Notes under the pieces: model-generated
Database searches by the model: none
What the model saw: the letters and a program-made list of their open reading frames with translations, nothing else
Told to the model about the DNA's origin: nothing
Source of the DNA: Selenomonadaceae bacterium
GTDB lineage: Bacteria > Vulcanimicrobiota > Xenobia > Xenobiales > JADMJV01
DNA length: 64,000 nucleotides
Direction of reading: 5' to 3'
Assembly (NCBI GenBank): GCA_037189585.1
Contig: JBBCJA010000012.1
Span: 58,693-122,692, forward strand
Translations under genes and position numbers: made by a program
Part shown: piece by piece, positions 9,569 to 18,813 of the stretch
How positions within the stretch are numbered: the stretch's first letter is position 1
Layout of the letters: every line of letters starts with the position of its first letter

Positions 9569-9701
9569 ATCGGTCTCCTCCTAAAGAATGGAATTGAAAC
9601 TCTTTCGAGATTCCTTCCAGCGACAGTCCGTTTCTCGTAGCCTTTAGGCATTCCTCCCAAATCAAAGGGGAGAGAATTATCTCTCGAAGAAACGTCTTAT
9701 T

Positions 9702-10910
9702 ATGGCGTCCTTCCCCAGTGTGCGTCCGCTTTCCCCCTTTCAGCTCCCTTCGGAAAACGGATCAGACCAACCAAAATTTGTTCTCCGCGACCCCGCCGAG
9801 CTAGCTCCCGACCAACTCCTGGTCAGCCTGCCGGCTCTTTATCTCATAGAACTTTCCGATGGAAGCCGAAGCAAGGACGAGGTTGTGGCTGAATTTGGCC
9901 GTCTGACCGGTACCCAAGTTCCGGTCGAACTTTTGAACCAGTTACTCGAGCGTCTGGACCGGAGCTATCTTTTGGATAATGAACGCGCTCGAGCCAGGTT
10001 GGGGAAAATCCAACCCCGCCCCTATCGGCTTTCCGGCTCGGCCTATCCCGCCGAGATGTCCCGTCTTCTCCCCTACCTCGACGATCTTATTGGCGCTGAC
10101 GACCCCGAAATCGTGAAACAGCCACTCTGTGCCTCCGTTTTGCCCCATATCGACTTTCATCGTGGCCGCGGCTCCTATCGGGCCGGATATCGGTTACTGC
10201 GGCATGGACTAGGCCCGGCCGACGCACCCATCACCGTGGTCATTCTGGGTATCTCTCATGCCATCGCGCGAGTGCCTTTCATTTTAACCCGGAAAGATTT
10301 CGCCACTCCCATGGGAGATGTGCGAACCGACCAGGACCTGGTCACTCGCCTGACCGAGAAACTTCCCTTCGATCCCTTTCTCGACGAATACAATCACTTG
10401 ACCGAGCATTCTATCGAGTTCCATGCGGTTCTGCTGCGCCATCTGGCCCAGGAGCGGTCACTTTCCATCGTCCCCATCCTCTGTGGGTCGTTCCACGACG
10501 CGCTACTAGGGAAATTCAGCCCCAAGGCTCTCCCTGGGGTTGGAGCTTTTCTGGAAAGGCTCCACAGACTCAAACAGGACCGTCCCGATGTCCACTTTCT
10601 GGCCAGCGTGGATCTCGCGCACATGGGTCTCAATTTCGACCAACCAGCGCTCGATGAGGGCCAATTGCGCGACCTGGGCCAGCAGGACCGGGAGACGCTG
10701 TCCCATCTGGAGCGAGGTGACGCCGACGGGTTCTTCGCCACCTTGCAAGCCGATCGAGGCGTTCGCAACTACTGCGGGACGCCCGCCATCTATACCCTGC
10801 TGGACCTTTTTCCTGAACCGTTCGATCTGGCCTCGTATCAACAATGCAGTGAAAGTGACCTGACCTCTACGGTGACCGTCTGTTCGGCGGTGTTGAAAGC
10901 CAAGCCTTGA
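9702..10910 (+). CDS. MEMO1 family protein (AmmeMemoRadiSam system protein B-like) with an ~80-aa N-terminal extension
   Basis: Motifs LPHIDFHRGRGSYRAGY, VVILGISHA, VDLAHMG and NYCGTPAIYTLL. Confidence 0.65.
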   Translation: MASFPSVRPLSPFQLPSENGSDQPKFVLRDPAELAPDQLLVSLPALYLIELSDGSRSKDEVVAEFGRLTGTQVPVELLNQLLERLDRSYLLDNERARARLGKIQPRPYRLSGSAYPAEMSRLLPYLDDLIGADDPEIVKQPLCASVLPHIDFHRGRGSYRAGYRLLRHGLGPADAPITVVILGISHAIARVPFILTRKDFATPMGDVRTDQDLVTRLTEKLPFDPFLDEYNHLTEHSIEFHAVLLRHLAQERSLSIVPILCGSFHDALLGKFSPKALPGVGAFLERLHRLKQDRPDVHFLASVDLAHMGLNFDQPALDEGQLRDLGQQDRETLSHLERGDADGFFATLQADRGVRNYCGTPAIYTLLDLFPEPFDLASYQQCSESDLTSTVTVCSAVLKAKP

Positions 10911-10918
10911 CCTCCCCG

Positions 10919-12274
10919 CTAACCGAGACTCTTGAAGCCAAGGACAACCCGCAGACCGGGGTGGTTGTCTTCCAAGGTGAGCTCCGCTTGGTGCAGCTCG
11001 GCGGTAGCCTTGACCATGGCTAGTCCCAGGCCGTTGCCCGGTGTCGAGCGCGCGTCCTCTAACCGGGAGAAACGTTCGAGAACGAATTCGCGCTTGTCGG
11101 GTGGTATGCCGGGCCCTCTATCAGACACTGTCACCACGGACCGGTTTTCCACTTTGTCAACCTCGATGGCGATCTCGTGGTTCTTGGAAAACTTGAGGGC
11201 GTTCTCCAAGAGATTACTCAAGGCCTGGCGCAACAAGTGAGGGTCTCCAAGGGTCAGAACTGCCTCCTGGGTTCGCGTTATGATGGGCTCGTTATCACTC
11301 TGGTACAACTCGGCCAACTCTGTGGCCAAAGCCCCGAGATCGACTAATTTGAGCTCTCGAGGTCCCGCTCCGGATTCCACCCGGGCGATCTGTAACAGCG
11401 AGTTGAAGGTCGCGATCACGTTGTCCGCCTCGAGCACGGCGTTCTCCATCGCCTGGCGATACTGCTCCGGCGTGCGCGTCTCCAACAGCGTCACCTCCAG
11501 TCCGCTGCGCAGGCGGGAAAGCGGTTTGCGAAGGTCATGGGCCACGTTGTCGCTGACCCGGCGCATCCCCAAGAGTAGCTTCTCGGTCTTATCCAGCATG
11601 GTGTTGAAATGGGAGCTGAGCTCGTCAAACTCATCTCCGCTACCGTCCATCGGAGCTCGCCGGCTAAGCTCGCCCGCCGTGACAGCCCGAGCCGTATCGT
11701 TGAGCACCTCCACCCTGGCCAGCATAATGCGACCGATGGAGGCCCCGAGCCAGAGCATTGTGATGACCAAGAGGACGCCGAGTACGACGATGGTCGGTAA
11801 GAGTTGATGGCGAAGCGCCTCGTTGATCTCCGAGTGAATGGAGATCAAAAGCGTACAGCCATCATCGAGGGGGACCACCATGGCGGGCCAGTATCCAGAC
11901 TCTTCCCTAACCAGGCCAGGAATATCGCGGTCGTCGACCCAGAGGTTGAAGACTTTACCTTCAGGATAAGAACTCCGCAGCCGCTCGGGAACCGGCTGTC
12001 CCCGTTGAGCGAGCGCAAACAGTCGCTCGATGTCCAGGCTCTGGCTTTGCAGTTCCGCGATCTCTTCCAAGAAGGCCTGGTGCGGTTGCGTGTCGTGAAT
12101 CTGTTTTAGGCGCTTGGCCTCGTGCCTCAACAGTTGGGCGACGTTGTCGTCGATGTAGCGCATCTGAGCGTAAAGGGTCAGACCGACGCACAGGCTCACC
12201 ACCGTGGAGAAGACGAGGGTATGGCGAAGGGCCGTTCGCCCGGCCGAGGTGCGAAGAAATCGAACCCAACTCAA
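10919..12274 (-). CDS. Sensor histidine kinase (2 TM, HisKA + HATPase_c)
   Basis: HisKA H-box NVAHDLRKPLSRL, the LSNLLENALKF N-box, and the G-boxes DRGPGIP and GNGLGLAMVK. Confidence 0.8.
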   Translation of the reverse strand: MSWVRFLRTSAGRTALRHTLVFSTVVSLCVGLTLYAQMRYIDDNVAQLLRHEAKRLKQIHDTQPHQAFLEEIAELQSQSLDIERLFALAQRGQPVPERLRSSYPEGKVFNLWVDDRDIPGLVREESGYWPAMVVPLDDGCTLLISIHSEINEALRHQLLPTIVVLGVLLVITMLWLGASIGRIMLARVEVLNDTARAVTAGELSRRAPMDGSGDEFDELSSHFNTMLDKTEKLLLGMRRVSDNVAHDLRKPLSRLRSGLEVTLLETRTPEQYRQAMENAVLEADNVIATFNSLLQIARVESGAGPRELKLVDLGALATELAELYQSDNEPIITRTQEAVLTLGDPHLLRQALSNLLENALKFSKNHEIAIEVDKVENRSVVTVSDRGPGIPPDKREFVLERFSRLEDARSTPGNGLGLAMVKATAELHQAELTLEDNHPGLRVVLGFKSLG

Positions 12275-12279
12275 AACGA

Positions 12280-12948
12280 CTAGCCTAGACGGTAACCGCC
12301 GCCACGGACGGTGCGGAGCAACGGACTAGGATGATCTTTGTCTATCTTTATTCGGAGACGGCAGATCTGAGTGTCCACCACGTTACTCTGGGGGTCGAAG
12401 TGGATGTCCCACACCTTTTCAAGCAACATCGTCCTAGTCAGGACACGTCCCGCGTTACGCATCAAAATCTCGAGGAGCTTCATCTCCCTGGGGAGAAGTT
12501 GAATCTCTTGACCGGCTCGAGTCACCCTTCGCTCCCAGAGGTCCATCTCCAGGTCCTCCACGATCAACACCGGAGAGCTCTCCGCCGCTCCCCGACGACG
12601 GGTCAGAGACTCCACCCGAGCCAGGAGCTCGGCGAAGGCGAAAGGCTTCACCAGATAGTCGTCCGCTCCGGCTCTAAGGCCGTCCACGCGGTCGTCCACT
12701 TCCCCCAGCGCGCTCAACAAAAGCACCGGCGTCTCGTTTCCATCGGTGCGCAACATCTTGAGCAGCTTCATTCCGTCTCGTTTGGGCAGCATGCGGTCGA
12801 GAATGATGACGTCGAACCTCGCGCCCAGAGCCTGGTGAAGCCCCTCCTCGCCATCAGGAGAGTGCTCCACCATGTGCCCGCTCTCTCCGAGGCCTTTCAC
12901 CAGATATCTCGCGACCTCTTGATCGTCTTCTATGAGAAGAATGTGCAT
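12280..12948 (-). CDS. OmpR/PhoB-family response regulator
   Basis: REC domain (MHILLIEDD ... DVIILDRMLP ... DDYLVKPF) plus a winged-helix domain (TRTMLLEKVW ... VRGGGYRL). Confidence 0.85.
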   Translation of the reverse strand: MHILLIEDDQEVARYLVKGLGESGHMVEHSPDGEEGLHQALGARFDVIILDRMLPKRDGMKLLKMLRTDGNETPVLLLSALGEVDDRVDGLRAGADDYLVKPFAFAELLARVESLTRRRGAAESSPVLIVEDLEMDLWERRVTRAGQEIQLLPREMKLLEILMRNAGRVLTRTMLLEKVWDIHFDPQSNVVDTQICRLRIKIDKDHPSPLLRTVRGGGYRLG

Positions 12949-12980
12949 GGGTTCTCGATCTGATTCTGGAAAGAGATCGG

Positions 12981-13014
12981 GGACCCTCCGCCCTCACATT
13001 GCAAGGCCGTAATC
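12981..13014. repeat. Dispersed intergenic repeat unit (copy A) directly abutting tandem array 1
   Basis: ccctcACATTGCAAGGCCGTAATC shares CACATTGCAAGGCyGTAATC with copy B at 15701-15756. Confidence 0.6.
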
Positions 13015-13026
13015 TTCGTGAAGTCA

Positions 13027-13390
13027 TTGCTATCAGCAAAACTGGCAGCACTGCCCGCTCAGAGTCCTCGCTATCAAGAAAACTGGCAGCACTGCCCGCT
13101 TAGAGTCCTCGCTATCAAGAAAACTGGCAGCACTGCCCGCTCGGATTCATTGCTATCAAAGAAAACCGGCAGCACTACCCGCTCGGATTCATTGCTATCA
13201 AGAAAACCGGCAGCACTGCCCGCTTAGAGTCCTCGCTATCAAGAAAACTGGCAGCACTGCCCGCTCGGATTCATTGCTATCAAAGAAAACCGGCAGCACT
13301 GCCCGCTTAGAGTCCTCGCTATCAAGAAAACTGGCAGCACTGCCCGCTCGGAGTCCTCGCTATCAAGAAAACTGGCAGCACTGCCCCCGC
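13027..13390. repeat. Tandem array of about 9 degenerate ~41-bp units (non-coding minisatellite-like array 1)
   Basis: The unit is GCTATCAAGAAAACTGGCAGCACTGCCCGCTyrGrkTCmTy. The period is not a multiple of 3. The array is the reverse complement of the one at 37950-38424. Confidence 0.8.
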
Positions 13391-13504
13391 GAGGTCTTCG
13401 GCCTGCTCTGAATCCGACATGACTCGGTCCTGTGGCTCTGACCACTTTAAAGACAAGGGCCCAGCTAGTGGCCGGGCCTTGTCCTACCGATGAGATGCCT
13501 TGGT

Positions 13505-14653
13505 CTAGGCGAACACGCCGCCACCGGAGGTAACTCGATTCTGGTTGTTGTTCCCAGAGGAGGGTTGTTGCATCCCCGGGGTAGTGACGTTTCCACCGCC
13601 ACCGCCGAGTTCAAGAGCCAGGCCGACCAGCTGGTGAGTTTCGGCCTTGATGCCCTGGTTCTGCTGTCCTCCGGCCTGCTGGTAGACCTGAGCCAGATTC
13701 TTGGTCAGGGCCCCGAGCGACTCTTGCCCACCACCGTTGCCGCCAAAGTTTCCTCGGCCGACGTTAGCCTGCACCGACCCACCGGCACTTCCGTTTTGTC
13801 CACCACCTAGGAAGCCTCCGAGGCCGGCTTGTGGCTGGACTTGTCCACCACCGGCGTTACCGTTTCCACCACCCGTCGCGAGGGTGATGATCTTGGTGGC
13901 CATCTGGGTCAACTGGGTGTCGAGTTGGTTGGCGCCGTTGATGGCGTTCATCGGATTGATGGCATTCGGGGCCTGTGCGGGTTGAGCAGCTTGAGCGGGC
14001 TGCGCGGCCTGAGGCTCGCCACCACCACTGGGACTTCCACCGCCGCTAGGACTTCCGCCACCCGACGATCCTTGACCTCCGGCCTGTTCTTCTTGAGCCT
14101 TGAAGTTCTCCATCAGGCCTTCGAGCAGACCCTTGATCTCTTCAATCTCCTTTTTCATATCTTCTCTTTCCCTGTCGACAGGCGGCTTCTCGTCAACAGG
14201 AGGTTTCTCGTCAACAGGCGGTTTGCCATCATCAGGCACGGGCATGATACCGTCCATTTCGTCATCGGGGTTGGGTTTTCTGGGTCCGTCCACCGGTTTG
14301 CCGTCACGAACTCGAGGGTCAGGAACGGGCTTGCCGTCGGCATCGGTGAAACCAGTGCTTTCGCGAGGGTCGAGCTCGACTATTCGGTTCTCGTCACCAG
14401 TGCGGCTTCTGCGACTCTCTGTCAGTTCGTTACTCAGGCTAACCCGATCTCCGGTAGAGGGAGACTTCGAGGTCTCCTCGCTCTTCTTGGTTTGTTGTTG
14501 AGCTTTAGGAGCTTCGGTCTTTTTGGCGGCTTCGCTCTTCTTGGGAGCTTGGGTGCGCTTGGGAGCGGACTTGACGCTGGAGCTGCTGGTTTTCTTGATC
14601 GACATAGTGGCCTCTTTCCTCGCGGGCTCGTGTCCCGTATTCTTCTTGACCAC
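13505..14653 (-). CDS. Low-complexity protein with a Lys/Ala/Pro-rich histone-H1-like N-terminus, a KPPVDE-repeat acidic middle and a Gly/Gln/Asn-rich prion-like C-terminus
   Basis: 382-aa ORF of extreme composition. AKKTEAPKAQQQTKK, then (KPPVDE)x3, then long GGQ/GGN stretches. No known catalytic motif. The start may be the internal MSIKK. Confidence 0.4.
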   Translation of the reverse strand: MVKKNTGHEPARKEATMSIKKTSSSSVKSAPKRTQAPKKSEAAKKTEAPKAQQQTKKSEETSKSPSTGDRVSLSNELTESRRSRTGDENRIVELDPRESTGFTDADGKPVPDPRVRDGKPVDGPRKPNPDDEMDGIMPVPDDGKPPVDEKPPVDEKPPVDREREDMKKEIEEIKGLLEGLMENFKAQEEQAGGQGSSGGGSPSGGGSPSGGGEPQAAQPAQAAQPAQAPNAINPMNAINGANQLDTQLTQMATKIITLATGGGNGNAGGGQVQPQAGLGGFLGGGQNGSAGGSVQANVGRGNFGGNGGGQESLGALTKNLAQVYQQAGGQQNQGIKAETHQLVGLALELGGGGGNVTTPGMQQPSSGNNNQNRVTSGGGVFA

Positions 14654-14764
14654 AAGATATCGCTTCGGTCCAAGGCGACCCCAAGATGGTCGCAGAGCTA
14701 TGTTGCGAAGTTGTTAACAGATGGACACGTTTTTGACTCAAGCAGTTCTGGAAGCTCTGAGCGA

Positions 14765-15694
14765 TCAAAGCGATGTCCTTCGGAGGACGACCAGGAGACT
14801 GGTGGAGCCCGAGCGCTCGGTCCAAAGGTCGTCAAGCTCTAGCAGCTCTCTGGTCAAGGCGATGATCAGCCGGCGATAGGCCCGCTTGAGCCAAGAACAC
14901 TTGAGAGCGCGCCTCGTCAGCCAGTCCGGTGCCGGTCCACCCTGCTTGAAATTGAGACTTTCGAACAGGCTCGCGACGGTCATGGCGTCTCTGGAGAAAA
15001 ACGGAGTGGCCGACACGAATTCCCACCGGTCATCGATATGTTCTCTCCACCAGGCGGCGCCAGGGACCAGGTTCTGCCGGCTGCTGGCGAGCTTGTCGTT
15101 GGCAAGTCTCCGGGCCAGGGCGTGCCGTCCCAAGCCTTCAGCCAGCCGTATGGTCCAGATGGAGTCGAGCCATCCGGCCGTGTTGTCGGTCAAAAGCAGT
15201 AGCCCTCCGGGGCGGAGTACCCTCGCGGCTTCCTCCATGACCGGGGAGCGCCGGTCGCTCTGATGGACCACGTTGTTGAGCCGGTAGACGTCTACCGAGT
15301 CGGCGGGAAGGGCCAGGGCCGCCGGGTCGAGCTGGTCCGAGAGTCGGCCCTCAGGAGGACTCCAGCCGAGTGACGAGGTGCCCACATTGAGACTCTCCCA
15401 CTTCGAGCCATCATCCTCGGCGGCGTACACCCGCGATTGAAGCATGAGAGTCAAGATGGGATACAAGCGGGTGGGATAGCGGGACCAAAGTTCCTCGAGA
15501 TATCCGTCGGGGGGCTCCCACAGCAGCTCGACCCGCTTTCTTGTTCGAGGAGCCAAGGCCAACAGAGCGGCGGAGTACAGTCCAGGCATGAGCAGGAGAG
15601 AAAAGGTCTTGCAGAGCCGAGCGACGGTCAGCGGAAGTTGGAGGGGAGGCCTCCCGTCGGAGGGATCAAACTTTATCAAGCCTTGGTCGACCAT
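14765..15694 (-). CDS. Class I SAM-dependent methyltransferase-like protein (type-11-like)
   Basis: Post-motif region DSVDVYRLNNVVHQSD...EEAARVLRPGGLLLL. The Gly-rich motif I is atypical. Confidence 0.45.
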   Translation of the reverse strand: MVDQGLIKFDPSDGRPPLQLPLTVARLCKTFSLLLMPGLYSAALLALAPRTRKRVELLWEPPDGYLEELWSRYPTRLYPILTLMLQSRVYAAEDDGSKWESLNVGTSSLGWSPPEGRLSDQLDPAALALPADSVDVYRLNNVVHQSDRRSPVMEEAARVLRPGGLLLLTDNTAGWLDSIWTIRLAEGLGRHALARRLANDKLASSRQNLVPGAAWWREHIDDRWEFVSATPFFSRDAMTVASLFESLNFKQGGPAPDWLTRRALKCSWLKRAYRRLIIALTRELLELDDLWTERSGSTSLLVVLRRTSL

Positions 15695-15700
15695 CCCGGT

Positions 15701-15756
15701 GAGCCTAACAGGCGCGCCTTACGACCAGCTTGCGCCCACATTGCAAGGCTGTAATC
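15701..15756. repeat. Dispersed intergenic repeat unit (copy B)
   Basis: GAGCCTAACAGgcgcgCCTTACGACCAGCTTGCGCCCACATTGCAAGGCTGTAATC. Confidence 0.6.
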
Positions 15757-15809
15757 CAAAGCGCGTCCTCCAAGGTTTTTCAGGAGGCTCGGATAAGCGA
15801 GCAAGGTTC

Positions 15810-17201
15810 ATGAAAACCTTTCGCAGCCGATTGACAACGGCCCTAGCGGGCTCTACCGCAGCCTTTCTCTCCCTCTTTTGCCTGTTGCTCTATCTCTGGT
15901 GTCGGGCGGCCTTTTTGGCCGATCTCGACGGCGACCTCGAAGCCATTCTCCGAGCCGATTTCGCCGCCCACGAGGCCCCCTCGAAAGAGCAGGCCAGGCC
16001 CGAGCGCAGGCCTCACGACAATGATGGGTCTCACCTCTTCAAGCTGCTGGTGGACCTCGAGGGCAAAGTGATGAGCTACTCAGGCCGTGACGGTGAGGCT
16101 CCTCCCGCACTGCCGCCGGGCTTGTTAAAGTCGGCTCTTCAGGGAGGTCCGACCTTCTTGGATCTGGAGTTCCACGACGATCTCTATCGAACTTTGACCA
16201 GTCCGGTGAAAGTCGACTCACGCCCCATGCTCGAGGTGCTGGGGATCTCCCAGGAACCGATGCAAGAGTCCCTGCGCGAGCTACGAAGAGTTCTTGGCGT
16301 GGCTCTTTTGGTCGGGATCGTTCTGGTCGCCCTAGTCTCCAATCGGGTCGCGGCCTACCTGACCAACCCCCTGGAACGCATCTTGAACCAACTCGAATCG
16401 GTCACCTCCACGGGGGACCCCGCCCTTCGGCTGACCGGGCGCTACGAGGACCGCGAGATGGTCGGCCTGCAGCGGCAGGTCAACGCCATGTTGGAACGGC
16501 TGGAGGCGAGCTTTCGCTCCCAGCAGCAGTTCATCTCCAACGCCTCTCACGAGCTCCGCGCGCCGCTGGCCAACTTGACCCTGGCCATCGACGTGTGTCT
16601 ACGGAGACCACGCGCCGCCCATGAGTATCGCGAGGCTTTGGAGACCTGCCTGGGCGAGACCAAGCGTCTGACGGAGATGTCCAACCAGCTCCTTCAACTG
16701 AGCAAGTCGGATGAAGGGGCTCTGGTGGTGCAGGCTGGGACCGTCGAGCTTCTTCAACTCTCTCGTTCGAGTCTCGCCCGTAAGGAGATGGCCGCCCGGG
16801 ACAAGGGAATTCGTCTGATCGTCGGTGGGGGTCAGGTAAGCTTGCCCGCGGACCCCGTGATGATCGCCCAGGTTCTGGACAACCTGCTCGACAACGCCAT
16901 CCGCTATTCTCCAGCCGGCTCCACCGTCACGGTCTTCACAGCCCGCCGGGCCTCGAGCGCCGAGATTTCGGTGAGCGACGCCGGGCCCGGCTTGAGCGCC
17001 GAGCAGATCGAGCACATTTTCGAGCGCTTCTATCGGGCCGACCCATCCCGCCAAAGGGGTACCGGAGGAACCGGCCTGGGCCTCGCCATTTCGCGAGCCA
17101 TCGCCCACGCTCACGGGGGAGAGCTGCTGGTGAAAAGCGTGCCTGGCGAGGGAACGACCTTCACCCTTCAGTTACCGCTATCCGAGCTCTCCAGCATATA
17201 G
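15810..17201 (+). CDS. Sensor histidine kinase (2 TM, HAMP-like, HisKA, HATPase_c). The likely start is the internal ATG at 15810, not the track ORF start at 15588.
   Basis: FISNASHELRAPLANL, VLDNLLDNAIRYS, DAGPGL and GTGLGLAI. The upstream part of the track ORF overlaps the opposite-strand methyltransferase gene and has no kinase features. Confidence 0.8.
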   Translation: MKTFRSRLTTALAGSTAAFLSLFCLLLYLWCRAAFLADLDGDLEAILRADFAAHEAPSKEQARPERRPHDNDGSHLFKLLVDLEGKVMSYSGRDGEAPPALPPGLLKSALQGGPTFLDLEFHDDLYRTLTSPVKVDSRPMLEVLGISQEPMQESLRELRRVLGVALLVGIVLVALVSNRVAAYLTNPLERILNQLESVTSTGDPALRLTGRYEDREMVGLQRQVNAMLERLEASFRSQQQFISNASHELRAPLANLTLAIDVCLRRPRAAHEYREALETCLGETKRLTEMSNQLLQLSKSDEGALVVQAGTVELLQLSRSSLARKEMAARDKGIRLIVGGGQVSLPADPVMIAQVLDNLLDNAIRYSPAGSTVTVFTARRASSAEISVSDAGPGLSAEQIEHIFERFYRADPSRQRGTGGTGLGLAISRAIAHAHGGELLVKSVPGEGTTFTLQLPLSELSSI

Positions 17202-17854
17202 CCCGAGCCTCGCACGGTTCGTAGCATCTCGGCGTGTTTTCCCAACTTCTTGCGCAGGTAGCCCACGTACACGTCCACCACGTTGGAATTCGGTTCGGCG
17301 TTCGACTCCCAGACCGCTTCCCAAAGTACCGTCCGGCTCACCACCTGGCGGGCCCGGCGGGCCAAAACCTCCAGAAGGTGCAGCTCGCGCGCGGTGAGCT
17401 CCAAGTGTTGCCCCTCCAGACTCGCCTCTTTGCGTAGCGGGTCCACCGTCAGAGGGCCGATGACCAGCCGGCTGTCGAGCTCTTCATTGTGGTGGAACGG
17501 GCGTCGTAGCAAGGCCCGAACACGGGCCAGCAGCTCCTCGAAGGCGAAAGGCTTGACCAGGTAGTCGTCGGCGCCCGAGTCCAGTCCGAAGACCCGATCC
17601 ACCACCGACTGCCGCCCCGATAAGATGAGAATGGGCGCCTTCAAACCCTGAGCCCTCCATTCCGAGCAGAGCTCGAAGCCATTCCGACCGGGCAGCATGA
17701 CGTCGAGAAGGATGAGATCGAACTCCTGCATGTGGACCGCCTCATCGGCCAGCTCCGCGCAACGGGCGACCTCCACCGAGTAGCCCTCCTCCGTCAGGCC
17801 GCGTCGAAGGTAGGAGGCGGTGATCGTCTCATCCTCGACGATCAAAATTTTCAT
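17168..17854 (-). CDS. OmpR-family response regulator. Start at MKILIVEDE. The last gene of the arn-like operon.
   Basis: REC domain (LILLDVMLPGRNGFEL, DDYLVKPF) plus a winged helix (VVDVYVGYLRKK). Its ATG overlaps the TGA of the LAB_N gene (ATGA). Confidence 0.8.
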   Translation of the reverse strand: MKILIVEDETITASYLRRGLTEEGYSVEVARCAELADEAVHMQEFDLILLDVMLPGRNGFELCSEWRAQGLKAPILILSGRQSVVDRVFGLDSGADDYLVKPFAFEELLARVRALLRRPFHHNEELDSRLVIGPLTVDPLRKEASLEGQHLELTARELHLLEVLARRARQVVSRTVLWEAVWESNAEPNSNVVDVYVGYLRKKLGKHAEMLRTVRGSGYMLESSDSGN

Positions 17855-18108
17855 GGGGACCTTCGCACCATCGTGAGATTGCGGATATAGATCACAAAGC
17901 CTGTCAACTGTCCCACCACAAACACCGGATCCCCCCGGTGGAGAGCGTAAACTAAAAGTCCGGCCGCGCCCAGCAAACTCCAGTACCAGAAGGAGACCGG
18001 GATGACGCTCTCCTTGCGACGCTCCGACTCGAGCCACTGAACAAGAAAGCGCATGAAAAAGCAACCCTGGGCCAACAGCCCCAGCCAGGTCCAGGCGGTC
18101 TCGCTCAT
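17851..18108 (-). CDS. Small 2-TM protein with a LAB_N (lipid-A-disaccharide synthase N-terminal-like) domain
   Basis: FMRFLVQWLESERRKESVIPVSFWYWSLLGAAGLLVYALHRGDPVFVVGQLTGFVIYIRNL matches the FxxRFxxQWxxSE...PxxFW...DPVF..GQ..G..IYxRNL pattern. The start is ATGA-coupled to the GT2 stop. Confidence 0.5.
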   Translation of the reverse strand: MSETAWTWLGLLAQGCFFMRFLVQWLESERRKESVIPVSFWYWSLLGAAGLLVYALHRGDPVFVVGQLTGFVIYIRNLTMVRRSP

Positions 18109-18797
18109 CCTCCCATCTCCTCGGCGTCGTAGACGGGATAGCGGCTCTTGAGCCAAAGAAATCCTAACAGGTCCGGTATGGTGGCCTTCAGCCTCTGCCA
18201 ACTTCCGTACTTGGTCCGTCCCGCCGTTCTGGCTCGGTGGGAGACCGGAACCTCCAGCACGCGGTATCCCTCCAGCTGAGCCAGGGCCGGCATGAAGCGG
18301 TGAGCGCCGTGAAAAAAGAGCAGCTCGTCGGCCAGTCGCCCGGTCATGACTTTCAAGCTGCACCCGGTGTCGCTGATACCGTCGCCCGTCAATCCAGATC
18401 GAATGAGGTTGGCCGCGCGTGAGACCAGGCGGCGCCAAGCGTTGTCCTGACGCTGGCCACGAAGGCCACAGACCATGTCCGCGCGGTCAAGATAGCAGAG
18501 CATCATGGGAAGGTCGGCCGGATCGTTCTGGCCGTCTCCATCCATGGTGGCGACCGTCTCGTAGAGGGAGGCTCGCAGGCCCACCAACAGGGCGGTCGAC
18601 TGTCCCCGGTTGCTCTCGAGCCGAATCGCTCGCACGTTGGTCGAGCAAAGGGAGGCCAGCTCTCGCGGCGTGTCGTCGGAGCTGCCGTCGTCGACGAGCA
18701 CAAGCTCCCAGGGCCGGTCGAGTGCCCTTAAGGCGTGGCTAACCTCTCCCACCAGAGGGGCGAGGTTCTCCGCCTCGTTGAAAACCGGCACCACCAC
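18105..18797 (-). CDS. GT2 polyprenyl-phosphate glycosyltransferase (ArnC/DPM1-like). The probable start is a GTG at about 18797. The track ORF extends to 18923 and overlaps the upstream gene.
   Basis: VVVPVFNEAENL, VLVDDGSSDDT and DGDGQNDP. Confidence 0.75.
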   Translation of the reverse strand: MVVPVFNEAENLAPLVGEVSHALRALDRPWELVLVDDGSSDDTPRELASLCSTNVRAIRLESNRGQSTALLVGLRASLYETVATMDGDGQNDPADLPMMLCYLDRADMVCGLRGQRQDNAWRRLVSRAANLIRSGLTGDGISDTGCSLKVMTGRLADELLFFHGAHRFMPALAQLEGYRVLEVPVSHRARTAGRTKYGSWQRLKATIPDLLGFLWLKSRYPVYDAEEMGG

Positions 18798-18813
18798 CGA
18801 CAGACCGGGCTCC

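Noticed and set aside
13027-13390. Possible CRISPR array (regularly spaced repeats), and likewise for 37950..38424
   Set aside because: The interspersed halves are themselves near-identical degenerate copies and not unique spacers. The unit length is ~41 bp with no distinct repeat/spacer partition, and there are no cas genes nearby. It is better explained as minisatellite-like tandem repeats.
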